A stretch of 64,000 bases of DNA from Thalassobaculaceae bacterium (GTDB lineage Bacteria > Pseudomonadota > Alphaproteobacteria > Thalassobaculales > Thalassobaculaceae). The notes below the pieces were generated by a model. It had not been told where the DNA came from. It saw nothing but the letters and a program-made list of their open reading frames with translations, and did no database searches. The stretch lies in the NCBI GenBank assembly GCA_965228875.1, contig OZ245843.1, positions 1,470,616 to 1,534,615 on the forward strand. The letters run 5' to 3'. Positions 20,362 through 29,587 of this stretch are shown here, in pieces (within the stretch, counting starts at the first letter, position 1; each line of letters starts with the position of its first letter). A program made the position numbers and the translations under genes.

Positions 20362-21465
20362 ATGATCGATCCCGCCGCCTACAACGACGCCGAGACCCGC
20401 GGCTACCGCTCCATGGCCAACTGGGTCTGGCAGTCGATGATGACCACCTCGAAGCTGGAGCCGAGCGCGTTCCCCCTCCGTGTGGAGTCGGTCCGCGACC
20501 TGCGGCCGATGCTCGACTCGATGCATCAGAGCCGGTTCGCCAAGTTCGTCGCGGAACTGCGCGGCTTGAGCGAGGCCGAGCTCGACGAGGTGGCCGATGG
20601 CCTGGCGCGGTTCGCCCGGTTCTACGTCCGGGTCTTCCAGGACGACACGGTGCCGCTGCCGTTGAACACCATGCTCGCCAGTTACCTGACCGCCCGCAAA
20701 CTGCGCGCCCTGCCCCACCGCGCCACGATGTTGGAGATCGGGCCGGGCTGCGGATATGTGCCGTTCTTCACCGGCGCCGAGCACGGCATCCGGTCCCGTA
20801 CCCAGATCGAGGTGACCCAGAGCCTCTACCTGATGCAGGCGCTGGTGAACGACTTCCTGTTTGAGGAGCGCACGCTCGATCTGGCGGTCGCGGCGGAGAC
20901 CGGCGCAGCCGTCGGCACCCTGACCGACGGCATGCGCATCCGCCACGGCGTGTACGACCGGATTCCGAGCGTGACCTGGCGCCCCGAGCCGGCAATGACC
21001 CAGGTTCCGTGGTGGCGGGTCGACGACGCGCTGGACGGCCGCACGACCTATGACGTGATCGTCGCCAACGCCAACCTCTACGAGATGACCTTCGGCGCCT
21101 TCGCCTACTACTTCGAGGCGTTCCGCAACTGCCTGGCGCCCCACGGCGCGGTGCTGGTCCAGGATCTCGGGCTGCGCCGCGGCCATGAGACGCTGAACCG
21201 GATGGACACTCTCATCGCGCTCGGCTACCGCCCGCTGGTCCATGTCGTCGCCGGTAAGGACCGCTACGCCATGGCGACGGAGAACCTGCTGCTGGTGACT
21301 TCCGGCCATCCGCACTGGGACGACGCCGCCCGCGACTTCAAGGCCGACCACCTGCCCGAGCAGGTCGCGATGGTGCGCGCGGTCTACGGTCTCGACCGCC
21401 CCGAGGGGGACCGGGTGACCCGAGAGCAGCTCATGGCCCGCGTCGAGACCGCACTTTTCACCTAA
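20362..21465 (+). CDS. Putative SAM-dependent methyltransferase
   Basis: MLEIGPGCG motif I and YDVIVANANLYEM motif; substrate unknown. Confidence 0.6.
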   Translation: MIDPAAYNDAETRGYRSMANWVWQSMMTTSKLEPSAFPLRVESVRDLRPMLDSMHQSRFAKFVAELRGLSEAELDEVADGLARFARFYVRVFQDDTVPLPLNTMLASYLTARKLRALPHRATMLEIGPGCGYVPFFTGAEHGIRSRTQIEVTQSLYLMQALVNDFLFEERTLDLAVAAETGAAVGTLTDGMRIRHGVYDRIPSVTWRPEPAMTQVPWWRVDDALDGRTTYDVIVANANLYEMTFGAFAYYFEAFRNCLAPHGAVLVQDLGLRRGHETLNRMDTLIALGYRPLVHVVAGKDRYAMATENLLLVTSGHPHWDDAARDFKADHLPEQVAMVRAVYGLDRPEGDRVTREQLMARVETALFT

Positions 21466-21549
21466 ATCGGCAGTATTGCCGCCGGTTAATCTTGCAGTGC
21501 AACAAAAGATCGCTATGTTCGCGCCATCCCAACTTTGGTGGCCCCCGAA

Positions 21550-23379
21550 ATGTCGCTCCGCAATATCGCGATCATCGCGCATGTCGACCATGGCAAGACC
21601 ACGCTGGTCGACGTCCTGCTGAAACAGTCCGGCACCTTCCGCGAGAACCAGCAGGTCGCGGAACGCGCGATGGACAGCAACGACATCGAGCGGGAGCGCG
21701 GGATCACCATCCTGGCCAAGTGCACCTCCGTCGACTGGCAGGGTACGCGGATCAACATCGTCGACACACCCGGTCACGCCGATTTCGGCGGCGAGGTCGA
21801 GCGCATCCTGACCATGGTCGACGGCGCCCTGCTGCTGGTCGACGCGTCCGAAGGACCGATGCCGCAGACCAAGTTCGTGCTGGGCAAGGCGCTGGCCCTC
21901 GGCCTGCGCCCGATCGTCGTGGTCAACAAGGTCGACAAGCCCGAGCAGCGCGCCTACGAGGTCCAGGACGAGGTCTTCGACCTGTTCGGCGCGCTCGGCG
22001 CCGACGAGCACCAGCTCGATTTCCCCACCATCTTCGCCTCGGCCAAGATGGGCTGGGCCTCCGAAACCCCGGACGCGCCGGGCACCGACATGTCGGCGCT
22101 GTTCGAGCGCATCGTCGCCCACGTCCCCCAGCCTACCGTCGAGCCGGACGGCCCGTTCCGCATGCTGGCCACCACCGTCGAGAGCGATCCGTATCTCGGC
22201 CGCATCCTGACCGGGCGCATCCAGTCGGGCCGGATCAAGCCGAACACCAACCTGAAGGCCCTGTCTCGCAACGGCAAGGAGCTCGAGCGGGCCCGCGTGT
22301 CCAAGATCCTGGCCTTCCGGGGCCTCGAGCGCACGCCGCTCGACGGTGCCGAGGCCGGCGACATCGTCGCCCTTGCCGGTTTCTCCGAGGCGACCGTCGC
22401 CGATACGCTCTGCGCCCCCGAGGTGGACGCTCCCCTGCCCGCCAATCCGATCGACCCATCGACCATCGCCGTCACCTTCGCGGTGAACGACAGCCCGCTG
22501 GCCGGCCGCGAGGGCGACAAGGTCACCTCCCGTCTGATTCACGACCGGCTGTTCCGCGAGGCCGAGGGCAACGTCGCCATCCGGGTCAAGGAAACCGAGG
22601 ACAAGGACGCGTTCGAGGTCTCGGGCCGCGGCGAACTGCAGCTGGCGGTCCTGATCGAACAGATGCGCCGCGAGGGTTTCGAGCTGTCGATCAGCCGGCC
22701 GCGCGTACTGCTGAAGACCGATCCGGAAACCGGACAGCGCCAGGAGCCGATCGACGAGGTCTTCGTCGACGTGGACGAAGAGTTCTCCGGCGCCGTCATC
22801 GAGGCGATCACCCAGCGCAAGGGCGAACTGCTGGAGATGCGTCCCTCCGGCGGCGGCAAGCAGCGCCTGGTGTTCCACGCCCCGGCCCGCGGACTGATCG
22901 GCTACCATGGCGAGTTCCTGACCGCGACCCGCGGCACCGGCATCATGAACCGGGTGTTCCACGGCTACGCGCCCTACAAGGGTCCGATCCCCGGCCGCCG
23001 CGCTGGCGTCCTGGTCTCCATGGAACAGGGCGAGGCGGTCGCCTATGCACTGCAGAACCTGGAGGATCGCGGCCCGCTGATGGTCTCGCCGGGCGACAAG
23101 GTCTATTCCGGCATGATCCTGGGCGAGCACAACAAGGGCCAGGACCTCGAGGTCAACCCGCTGAAGGCCAAACAGCTCACCAACTTCCGCGCCGCCGGCA
23201 AGGACGATGCCCTCGACCTCACCCCGCCGATCCGCATGACCCTGGAGCGGGCGATCGCCTATATCGAGGACGACGAGTTGGTCGAGGTCACGCCGCAGAG
23301 CATCCGCCTGCGCAAGCGCTACCTGGATCCGCACGAGCGCAAGCGCATGCTGAAGCGCAGCGTGCAGCAGAGCGCGTGA
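21550..23379 (+). CDS. typA: Translational GTPase TypA/BipA
   Basis: [62 protein letters not shown]. Confidence 0.98.
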   Translation: MSLRNIAIIAHVDHGKTTLVDVLLKQSGTFRENQQVAERAMDSNDIERERGITILAKCTSVDWQGTRINIVDTPGHADFGGEVERILTMVDGALLLVDASEGPMPQTKFVLGKALALGLRPIVVVNKVDKPEQRAYEVQDEVFDLFGALGADEHQLDFPTIFASAKMGWASETPDAPGTDMSALFERIVAHVPQPTVEPDGPFRMLATTVESDPYLGRILTGRIQSGRIKPNTNLKALSRNGKELERARVSKILAFRGLERTPLDGAEAGDIVALAGFSEATVADTLCAPEVDAPLPANPIDPSTIAVTFAVNDSPLAGREGDKVTSRLIHDRLFREAEGNVAIRVKETEDKDAFEVSGRGELQLAVLIEQMRREGFELSISRPRVLLKTDPETGQRQEPIDEVFVDVDEEFSGAVIEAITQRKGELLEMRPSGGGKQRLVFHAPARGLIGYHGEFLTATRGTGIMNRVFHGYAPYKGPIPGRRAGVLVSMEQGEAVAYALQNLEDRGPLMVSPGDKVYSGMILGEHNKGQDLEVNPLKAKQLTNFRAAGKDDALDLTPPIRMTLERAIAYIEDDELVEVTPQSIRLRKRYLDPHERKRMLKRSVQQSA

Positions 23380-23436
23380 TCACAGGACTCCTCCGGCTGC
23401 AAGACTTCGAGTAAGGGCGTTCGGAACATCGGCGGT

Positions 23437-23458
23437 GGCCTGCCTACGGGGGCAGGCC
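23437..23458. terminator. Hairpin between convergent typA and aldo/keto reductase
   Basis: GGCCTGCC-TACGGG-GGCAGGCC stem-loop; no U tract. Confidence 0.4.
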
Positions 23459-23482
23459 CGTCTCGACGACGTCAGGTGACCC

Positions 23483-24493
23483 TCATTCGACCCGGCTGAC
23501 TCGGCCCTCGATCGGATATTGCGGGTCGTTGTAGCCCGGAGTCGACGGGTGGCCGGTGACGACCAGACTGTCGATCAGCGCCTCGTCCTCGGCGGTGAAG
23601 TCGTAGTCCAGCGCCTTCAGGTACCCCTGGAACTGCGCCATCGTGCGCGGTCCGGCAAGGGTCGCCGTCACCAGTCGGTTGTTCAGAACCCACTGCACCG
23701 CGAGATCGATCGGCGTCGCGCCCTTGGCTTCGGCATGGGCCTTGATCTTCTGGGCGATCTCCAGACTCTCATGACGCCATTCCGTCTGCATCATGCGCTT
23801 GTCCTGCCGGCCGGCGCGGCTGCCCTCGTCCGGCGCCACGTTCGGCGCGTACTTGCCGGTGAGGATGCCGCGCGCCAGCGGGCTGTAGGGCACCACGCCG
23901 AGGCCGTAGTGGCCACAGGCCGGCAGGTGCTCGGTCTCGGGCATGCGGTTGAGCGCGTTGTAGTAGGGCTGGCTGACCACCGGGCGGTCGATGCCGACCT
24001 CGTCGCACAGCCGGCAGATCTCCGCGACCCGCCAGGAGCGGTAGTTGGACACGCCGAAGTATCGGATCTTTCCCGCCCGCATCAGGTCGGCGATGGCGAT
24101 CACCGTCTCGCGGAGGTCGGTCGCGTGATCCTCCTTGTGCAGGTAGTAGATGTCGATCACGTCCGTGCCGAGCCGCTTCAGCGAGGCGTCGCATGCCATC
24201 TGCACCCAGCGCCGGGACAGGCCGCCGGAATTCGGATCGTCGCCGATCTTGTTGGCGAGCTTGGTCGCCAGCACCCAGCGGTCGCGCTCGGCGGCGATGG
24301 CACGGCCCACCACGACCTCGCTCTCGCCGCCGTTATAGGCGTCGGCGGTATCGACGAAATTGATCCCGGCATCGCGGGCGGCGGCGATGATCTCCCGACT
24401 CTCGGCCTCCGGCGTCGGGCCGCCGAAAATCATCGCGCCCAGGCAGAGCGGCGAGACCTTGAGGCCGGAACGGCCCAGCGTGCGGTAGTTCAT
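23483..24493 (-). CDS. Aldo/keto reductase
   Basis: YRTLGRSGLKVSPLCLG, DTADAY, SLKRLGTDVIDIYYLH, GKIRYFGVSN, PYSPLARG; AGGAGG RBS. Confidence 0.93.
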   Translation of the reverse strand: MNYRTLGRSGLKVSPLCLGAMIFGGPTPEAESREIIAAARDAGINFVDTADAYNGGESEVVVGRAIAAERDRWVLATKLANKIGDDPNSGGLSRRWVQMACDASLKRLGTDVIDIYYLHKEDHATDLRETVIAIADLMRAGKIRYFGVSNYRSWRVAEICRLCDEVGIDRPVVSQPYYNALNRMPETEHLPACGHYGLGVVPYSPLARGILTGKYAPNVAPDEGSRAGRQDKRMMQTEWRHESLEIAQKIKAHAEAKGATPIDLAVQWVLNNRLVTATLAGPRTMAQFQGYLKALDYDFTAEDEALIDSLVVTGHPSTPGYNDPQYPIEGRVSRVE

Positions 24494-24796
24494 GGCGTCC
24501 TCCTGGGCGAAATGGGGCGGAAGTCTCACGCAGACGTCGGACAGAGTCCATAGGGTATAATTTTTTTCCTATTTACTATCAGCCCTGAAGTGCATATGAG
24601 TCCCGGCCTCCCTCGTATCGAATGAGGCCAGCCATGCCGACCACGATCTATGCGGAACCGATCCATCTCATCGAGCTGACGCCTGAGTTCCTCACGAACC
24701 ACCATCTCGACCTCCCCGCGGTGGTGACGGCAGGTCTCTCGGCGGCGGAACTGGCTCGACAGACGGTTTCGGATCACCGAGACGGTTCAGGCGTTG

Positions 24797-25159
24797 ATGG
24801 CGGAGTTAGGCGATGCCACGGTCGGCGAGATCGCCGAGACCAAGGTCTTCCCGATCTTCTCCAGGAACGCGCTCTGGCTTGTCGTCAACCTGTTCAGCCT
24901 GCCCGCCGTGCTCCTCGCCGGCATGGTCCACCGGCTCTTCTTTCCGGACAGGACCCGGCTGATCTACGGCGGTTTCGTCGCCTTTATGACCCTGGTCCTG
25001 GCGGTGTCGATGTACCTGGACTATCGGGTGACATCGGGTCTGGTCCATGGCGGATGGGTCGGTTGCCGGACCGCGACGCAGTTGCAGCCGGTCCGCGGTT
25101 TCGTCGTCTACGCCCAGGCGTCGCAGCGGTGCCCGACCCGCAAGGACGAAATTCCCTGA
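24797..25159 (+). CDS. Small membrane protein with two C-terminal cysteines (DUF1240-like, tentative)
   Basis: Two hydrophobic helices then GWVGC...YAQASQRC; start uncertain, possibly 5'-degraded. Confidence 0.45.
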   Translation: MAELGDATVGEIAETKVFPIFSRNALWLVVNLFSLPAVLLAGMVHRLFFPDRTRLIYGGFVAFMTLVLAVSMYLDYRVTSGLVHGGWVGCRTATQLQPVRGFVVYAQASQRCPTRKDEIP

Positions 25160-25242
25160 CGCCTCCAGGTCTGCCCTTGCCTCCATCCCGTCCGCGTGGT
25201 GCCATCGCCGCCGACAAGACCACCGCCCAAGGGAGGGGCCCG

Positions 25243-25971
25243 ATGAGCAGCGACGACCTGTCCGCCGAAACCCGCGAGAAACTGTCCACGGTCAGCACCG
25301 CGACGCTGACGACTCAGATGTACAAACGCGGCTTCCGCAACGTCTTCATGCAGGGAGTCGGGCGACTGACCTCGGCCCATGACCGCAACATGGTCGGCCC
25401 CGCCTTCACCCTGCGGTATATTCCGGCGCGCGAGGATCTGGACGACCTGTCGGTGTTTCAGGACTACGACCATCCGCAGCGCAAGGCGATCGAGACCTGC
25501 CCCGAAGGCCATGTGCTGGTGATGGACAGCCGCGGCGACGCCACCGCCGCCTCCTCCGGCAATATCCTGATCACCCGGCTGATGAAGCGCGGCGCCGCCG
25601 GCATCGTGACCGACGGCGGGCTGCGCGACAGCTACGAGATCGCCGAGTACGACATGCCCTCCTATCACGCCCACCCCTCGCCGCCGACCAACCTCATCAA
25701 GCATCACGCGGTCGAGACCCTGAACGAGCCGATCGCCTGCGGCGGCGTGGCGGTCTATCCGGGAGACGTGCTGGTCGGCGACCTGGACGGCGTGGTGGTG
25801 ATCCCGCGCCATCTGGCCGACGAGGTCGCGGCCGACGCCGCCGAGCAGGAGATCCACGAGGAGTTCATCTACTCCGAGGTGGCCGGCGGCAAGCCGCTGC
25901 GCGGCACCTATCCGCCCGACGCGGATGCCCAGGCCCGCTACGCCGAATGGCGCAAGAAGCGCGATGGCTGA
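25243..25971 (+). CDS. RraA/HMG-aldolase family protein
   Basis: VSTATLTTQ, MVGPAFTLRYIPARED, IVTDGGLRDS, VYPGDVLVGDLDGVVVIP; GGAGG RBS. Confidence 0.88.
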   Translation: MSSDDLSAETREKLSTVSTATLTTQMYKRGFRNVFMQGVGRLTSAHDRNMVGPAFTLRYIPAREDLDDLSVFQDYDHPQRKAIETCPEGHVLVMDSRGDATAASSGNILITRLMKRGAAGIVTDGGLRDSYEIAEYDMPSYHAHPSPPTNLIKHHAVETLNEPIACGGVAVYPGDVLVGDLDGVVVIPRHLADEVAADAAEQEIHEEFIYSEVAGGKPLRGTYPPDADAQARYAEWRKKRDG

Positions 25972-26590
25972 CACGCCGGCGGGGCCGAGCGTCGACGACG
26001 CGATCGCCGACTACGACCGGCTCGCGCCGACCCTGGCGCCGACCTACGCCGGGTCGGACGCCGCCGAACGGCTGGTCAAACGGCTGGCGGCCGTACTCCC
26101 GAAACCACCGGGGCCGGTGCTCGACATCGGCGCCGGCAGCGGTGCCCATGCGGTCGCATTCGAGGCCAAGGGCTTTCGGGTCGTCGCGGTCGAGCCGTCG
26201 GCGGGCATGCGCGCCCAGGCCCTGACCCTGTTCCCGGACATGGACGCCGAGTGGATCGACGACCGCCTGCCTGACCTGGCGGTGCTCCGTGCCCGGAGCG
26301 AACGGTTTCCGTTCGTTCTCATAAACGCCGTCTGGATGCACGTCCCGCCCGGCGCGCGAGGGCGGGCGACGGCGGCGGTCGCCGACCTGACGACGGCAGG
26401 CGGGATCGTCTCCCTCGCCCTGCGCCAGGGGCCCTCCCCCGCCGACCGCCCGATGCACCCCGTGCCGCCGGACGCGGTGGCGGCCGAGTTCGCCGCCGCC
26501 GGCTTCGAGGAGATCGGGCGCTCCGAGCATTCCGGCGGCGGGCCGTCCGGCGCCACGGGTTTCGTCCGCCTGACACTGCGCAGGCGCTGA
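25964..26590 (+). CDS. Class I SAM-dependent methyltransferase
   Basis: VLDIGAGSG, VVAVEPS, DDRLPDL, AVWMHVPP; 8-bp overlap with the upstream gene. Confidence 0.85.
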   Translation: MADTPAGPSVDDAIADYDRLAPTLAPTYAGSDAAERLVKRLAAVLPKPPGPVLDIGAGSGAHAVAFEAKGFRVVAVEPSAGMRAQALTLFPDMDAEWIDDRLPDLAVLRARSERFPFVLINAVWMHVPPGARGRATAAVADLTTAGGIVSLALRQGPSPADRPMHPVPPDAVAAEFAAAGFEEIGRSEHSGGGPSGATGFVRLTLRRR

Positions 26591-26667
26591 ACGCGACCGC
26601 CAACTGACCCGTTCTAACCCGGCCGCCCGGCCCCCAAGCACCCGGCGGACCGTCATCGGGAGGAAAC

Positions 26668-27468
26668 ATGACCTACGAGACCATCACCCTGGAGCGGATC
26701 GGCGACGTGGCGCGCCTGGCCATCAACCGGCCGGAGAAGCGCAACGCCGTCAACGAGCAGGTACACCGGGACATCCGGGACGCCGTCGCCGAGATCTCGG
26801 GCGGCGACACCCCGGCCAAGGCGCTGATCCTGACCGGGACTGGCGACCGCGCGTTCTGCTCCGGACAGGACCTGTCGGCCCGCATGCCGCCCGAAGACGG
26901 TCCGCCGACCCGCGATCTCGGCGCCGGGCTGGAGCAGTACTACAACGCCCTGATCCGCCGGCTGCGCCAGGTCGAGATGCCGGTCATCACCGCCCTCAAC
27001 GGCGTTGCCGCCGGCGCGGGCGTCGGCGTCGCGCTGGCCGGCGACATCATCCTGGCCGCCCGGTCGGCGCGCATCGTCGTCAGTTTCTGCCGGGTCGGAC
27101 TGATCCCCGATGCCGGGGTCACCCACCACCTGCCGAGGTTGATCGGCGAGAACCGCGCGCTCGCCCTCGCGCTCACCGCCGACCCGCTGGATGCCGAGAC
27201 GGCGGAGCGTTGGGGGCTGGTGTGGAAGGTCTACGACGACGACGCGCTACAGGACGAAGCGGTGGCCCTGGCCGCCCGCCTCGCCAAGCTGTCGCCGCGG
27301 GTGGTCCAGCGTACCCGTCAGGTCATGCGCGCCGCCATGTCGAACGATCTCGACACCCAGTTGTCGCTCGAGCGCGATATCCAGCGCGAGGTCGGGTTCG
27401 GCCACGACTACGCCGAGGGTGTCCGCGCCTTCCTCGAGAAACGGGAGCCGCGTTTCACCGGGACCTGA
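26668..27468 (+). CDS. paaG: Enoyl-CoA hydratase/isomerase, PaaG-like
   Basis: AFCSGQDL, YYNALIRRL, NGVAAGAG, GLIPD, QLSLERDIQR, DYAEGVRAFLEKREPRFTG. Confidence 0.75.
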   Translation: MTYETITLERIGDVARLAINRPEKRNAVNEQVHRDIRDAVAEISGGDTPAKALILTGTGDRAFCSGQDLSARMPPEDGPPTRDLGAGLEQYYNALIRRLRQVEMPVITALNGVAAGAGVGVALAGDIILAARSARIVVSFCRVGLIPDAGVTHHLPRLIGENRALALALTADPLDAETAERWGLVWKVYDDDALQDEAVALAARLAKLSPRVVQRTRQVMRAAMSNDLDTQLSLERDIQREVGFGHDYAEGVRAFLEKREPRFTGT

Positions 27469-28033
27469 GGTCGGCCCACATCTCCCGCGAAATCCGGTAC
27501 AGCACGTGCCGGGACAGCCTGTGACCGGCGGGCAGTAGCGGATGATCGAAGTCGCAGCTCTGGTCGCGCGTCATCCCGATGCGCCGCATCACCGCCTGCG
27601 AACGGGTGTTCTGGACCGCCGTGAACGACACCACCTCCGACAGGTCCAGAGTCCGAAACCCGAGATCGAGCGCGGCATTCGCCGCCTCGCTCGCGATGCC
27701 CCGCCCCCAGGCCGACCGGGCGAGCCGCCAGCCGACCTCCGTGCAGGGCCCGCACGGCAGACGATCCGCATAGCTCGGCACGCTGATCCCGACCATGCCG
27801 ACGAACGGGTCGCCGTCCTTCTCCTCGACGGCGAACCAGCCGAAGCCGTCGGCATCCAGACGCTCCCCGACCCGCTCGGCGAGCGCGTCGCTCTCCGCGC
27901 GGCTCAGCGTCGCCGGAAAATACTCCATGACCGCCGGATCGCCGTTCAGCGCGGCGAACGGGGCAAAATCCTCCCGTCGCCATGGCCGCAGGATCAGTCG
28001 GTCGGTCTCGATCGGCAGGTGTTCGTGGCTCAT
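27455..28033 (-). CDS. RimJ/RimL-type GNAT acetyltransferase
   Basis: IETDRLILRPWR, EVGWRLARSAWGRGIASEAA, NTRSQAVMRRIGM; alternative start 28045. Confidence 0.9.
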   Translation of the reverse strand: MSHEHLPIETDRLILRPWRREDFAPFAALNGDPAVMEYFPATLSRAESDALAERVGERLDADGFGWFAVEEKDGDPFVGMVGISVPSYADRLPCGPCTEVGWRLARSAWGRGIASEAANAALDLGFRTLDLSEVVSFTAVQNTRSQAVMRRIGMTRDQSCDFDHPLLPAGHRLSRHVLYRISREMWADLRSR

Positions 28034-28114
28034 GGGCTGGACCATAATGCGGCCGCCGCACCCGTTCCACCTTACCGTCGGCCACCTTGCCGTCGGTCCC
28101 CATCGGAGGCCGAG

Positions 28115-28462
28115 ATGACCGTTCGCATCTACCACAACCCGCGATGCTCCAAATCGCGCCAGACGCTGGCCCTCCTCCAGGAGAACGGCGTCGAGCCGGA
28201 GGTGGTCGAGTATCTCAAGTCGCCGCCCAGCGCCGCCGAACTCGACGCGCTGCTGACCGCGATGGGTCTGGAGCCGCGCGATGCCATGCGCCGCAAGGAG
28301 GCGCCGTACAAGGAACTGAACCTCGCCGACCCGTCGCTCGACCGCGCGGCGCTGGTCCGGGCCATGGTCGAAAACCCCATCCTGATCGAGCGGCCGATCG
28401 TCGCCAACGGATCCCGGGCCGCCCTCGGCCGGCCGCCGGAATCCGTGCTGCAGATCCTGTAA
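28115..28462 (+). CDS. arsC: Arsenate reductase (glutaredoxin type)/ArsC family
   Basis: IYHNPRCSKSR and NPILIERPIV motifs; no ars operon context. Confidence 0.88.
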   Translation: MTVRIYHNPRCSKSRQTLALLQENGVEPEVVEYLKSPPSAAELDALLTAMGLEPRDAMRRKEAPYKELNLADPSLDRAALVRAMVENPILIERPIVANGSRAALGRPPESVLQIL

Positions 28463-28540
28463 CGCGTTTTACCCCCTGTGAAACGTCATATGGGCTGACC
28501 TAAGATTCGGCGCCAGCGTTCAGCAATCGGGGAAACCGTC

Positions 28541-29548
28541 ATGCCCAGTCTCGATATCCAGCCTCTGCCCGGCGCCACCTTCGGCCGCAAAGTCGGCGTC
28601 GCCGGCGCCCGCTCCGACGCCGAGGTGATCGAGGCGCTGGAGGCCGATGCGGACGCCCTGCTCAAGGCGTTCTACGAGGGTCATGGCTTCATGCTGCTGA
28701 CCGGACTGGAAAGCATGACCCGCGAGCCGTCGCAGCTTGTCCGGCTCAGCCGGTTGTTCGGCCCGGAGGTCGAGGACTACCGCCGGACCGGCATGACGCT
28801 CGACCGGGTGCACCAGGAGGTGCCGGAGATCCTGGTGATCTCCAACAGCCCGCCGATGAATCAGAAACCGCCGGCCCGCCCGGAACCCGCACTGACGGCC
28901 GACGGCAGGCTTCCGGTGCAGTTCCCGCATCGCCGTGGCTGGCACACCGACCAAAGCTACCGCCGCCCTCCGCCGGACATCTCGCTGTTCCTCTGCGTTC
29001 AGCCGGCGCCGATCGACCAGGCGCAGACACTCTATGCCGACGGCGTCGGCGCCTACCAGGCCTTGCCGGAGGCCACCAAGGCGCGGATCGACGGCGTCGA
29101 GGCTCTGCATGTCCAGCCCGGCACCGGCCGCTCGGAACTGGCCGTGCGCGCCGGGGAGACGCCGAAGCCGCTCGGCCCGCTACAGCAGCCGCAGCGCCAG
29201 CCCCTGGTGCGGGTGCACCCGGTGACCGGAGAGAAGGCACTGTACCTCTGCGAGTCCGGACAGCTCGACTGGATCGAGGGTCCGATCGTCGGCATGGAGA
29301 CAGGGCCCGACGGTGACGGCGCGGCCCTGGTCTACGAACTGATGAGCCACTTCACCAGCGCGCCCTTCACCCATGTCCAGGAATGGCGCGCCGGCGATCT
29401 GGTGATCTACGACAACCGCTGCACCATCCACAGCGCGACCTGGTTCGACGGCGACGCGGTCAGCCGGGTGATGTGGCGGACCACCGTGCGCGGCAATCCC
29501 GGACCGGAATATGCCGAGGAGACGCCGAGCTGGCTGCCGGCGGCGTAA
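28541..29548 (+). CDS. TauD/TfdA-family Fe(II)/2-oxoglutarate dioxygenase
   Basis: WHTDQSY (HxD), PLVRVHPVTGEKALY, WRAGDLVIYDNRCTIHSA, VMWRTT. Confidence 0.9.
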   Translation: MPSLDIQPLPGATFGRKVGVAGARSDAEVIEALEADADALLKAFYEGHGFMLLTGLESMTREPSQLVRLSRLFGPEVEDYRRTGMTLDRVHQEVPEILVISNSPPMNQKPPARPEPALTADGRLPVQFPHRRGWHTDQSYRRPPPDISLFLCVQPAPIDQAQTLYADGVGAYQALPEATKARIDGVEALHVQPGTGRSELAVRAGETPKPLGPLQQPQRQPLVRVHPVTGEKALYLCESGQLDWIEGPIVGMETGPDGDGAALVYELMSHFTSAPFTHVQEWRAGDLVIYDNRCTIHSATWFDGDAVSRVMWRTTVRGNPGPEYAEETPSWLPAA

Positions 29549-29587
29549 CCCGAACCCGCCGCCGAGCACCCAGGGAGCCCGCTGCTG

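Noticed and set aside
24622..25971. 449-aa ORF appearing to fuse an N-terminal extension to the RraA-family protein
   Set aside because: The middle is Arg/Pro/Gly-rich off-frame sequence overlapping another ORF; a good RBS and ATG at 25243 define the real gene.
28115..28462. Arsenic-resistance operon
   Set aside because: arsC stands alone; no arsR, arsB/acr3 or arsH nearby.
28541..29548. TauD-family gene as an oxidative phosphonate-cleavage (PhnY-type) enzyme
   Set aside because: It is 16 kb from the phn cluster with no PhnZ-like HD partner, and its motifs are TauD-type.
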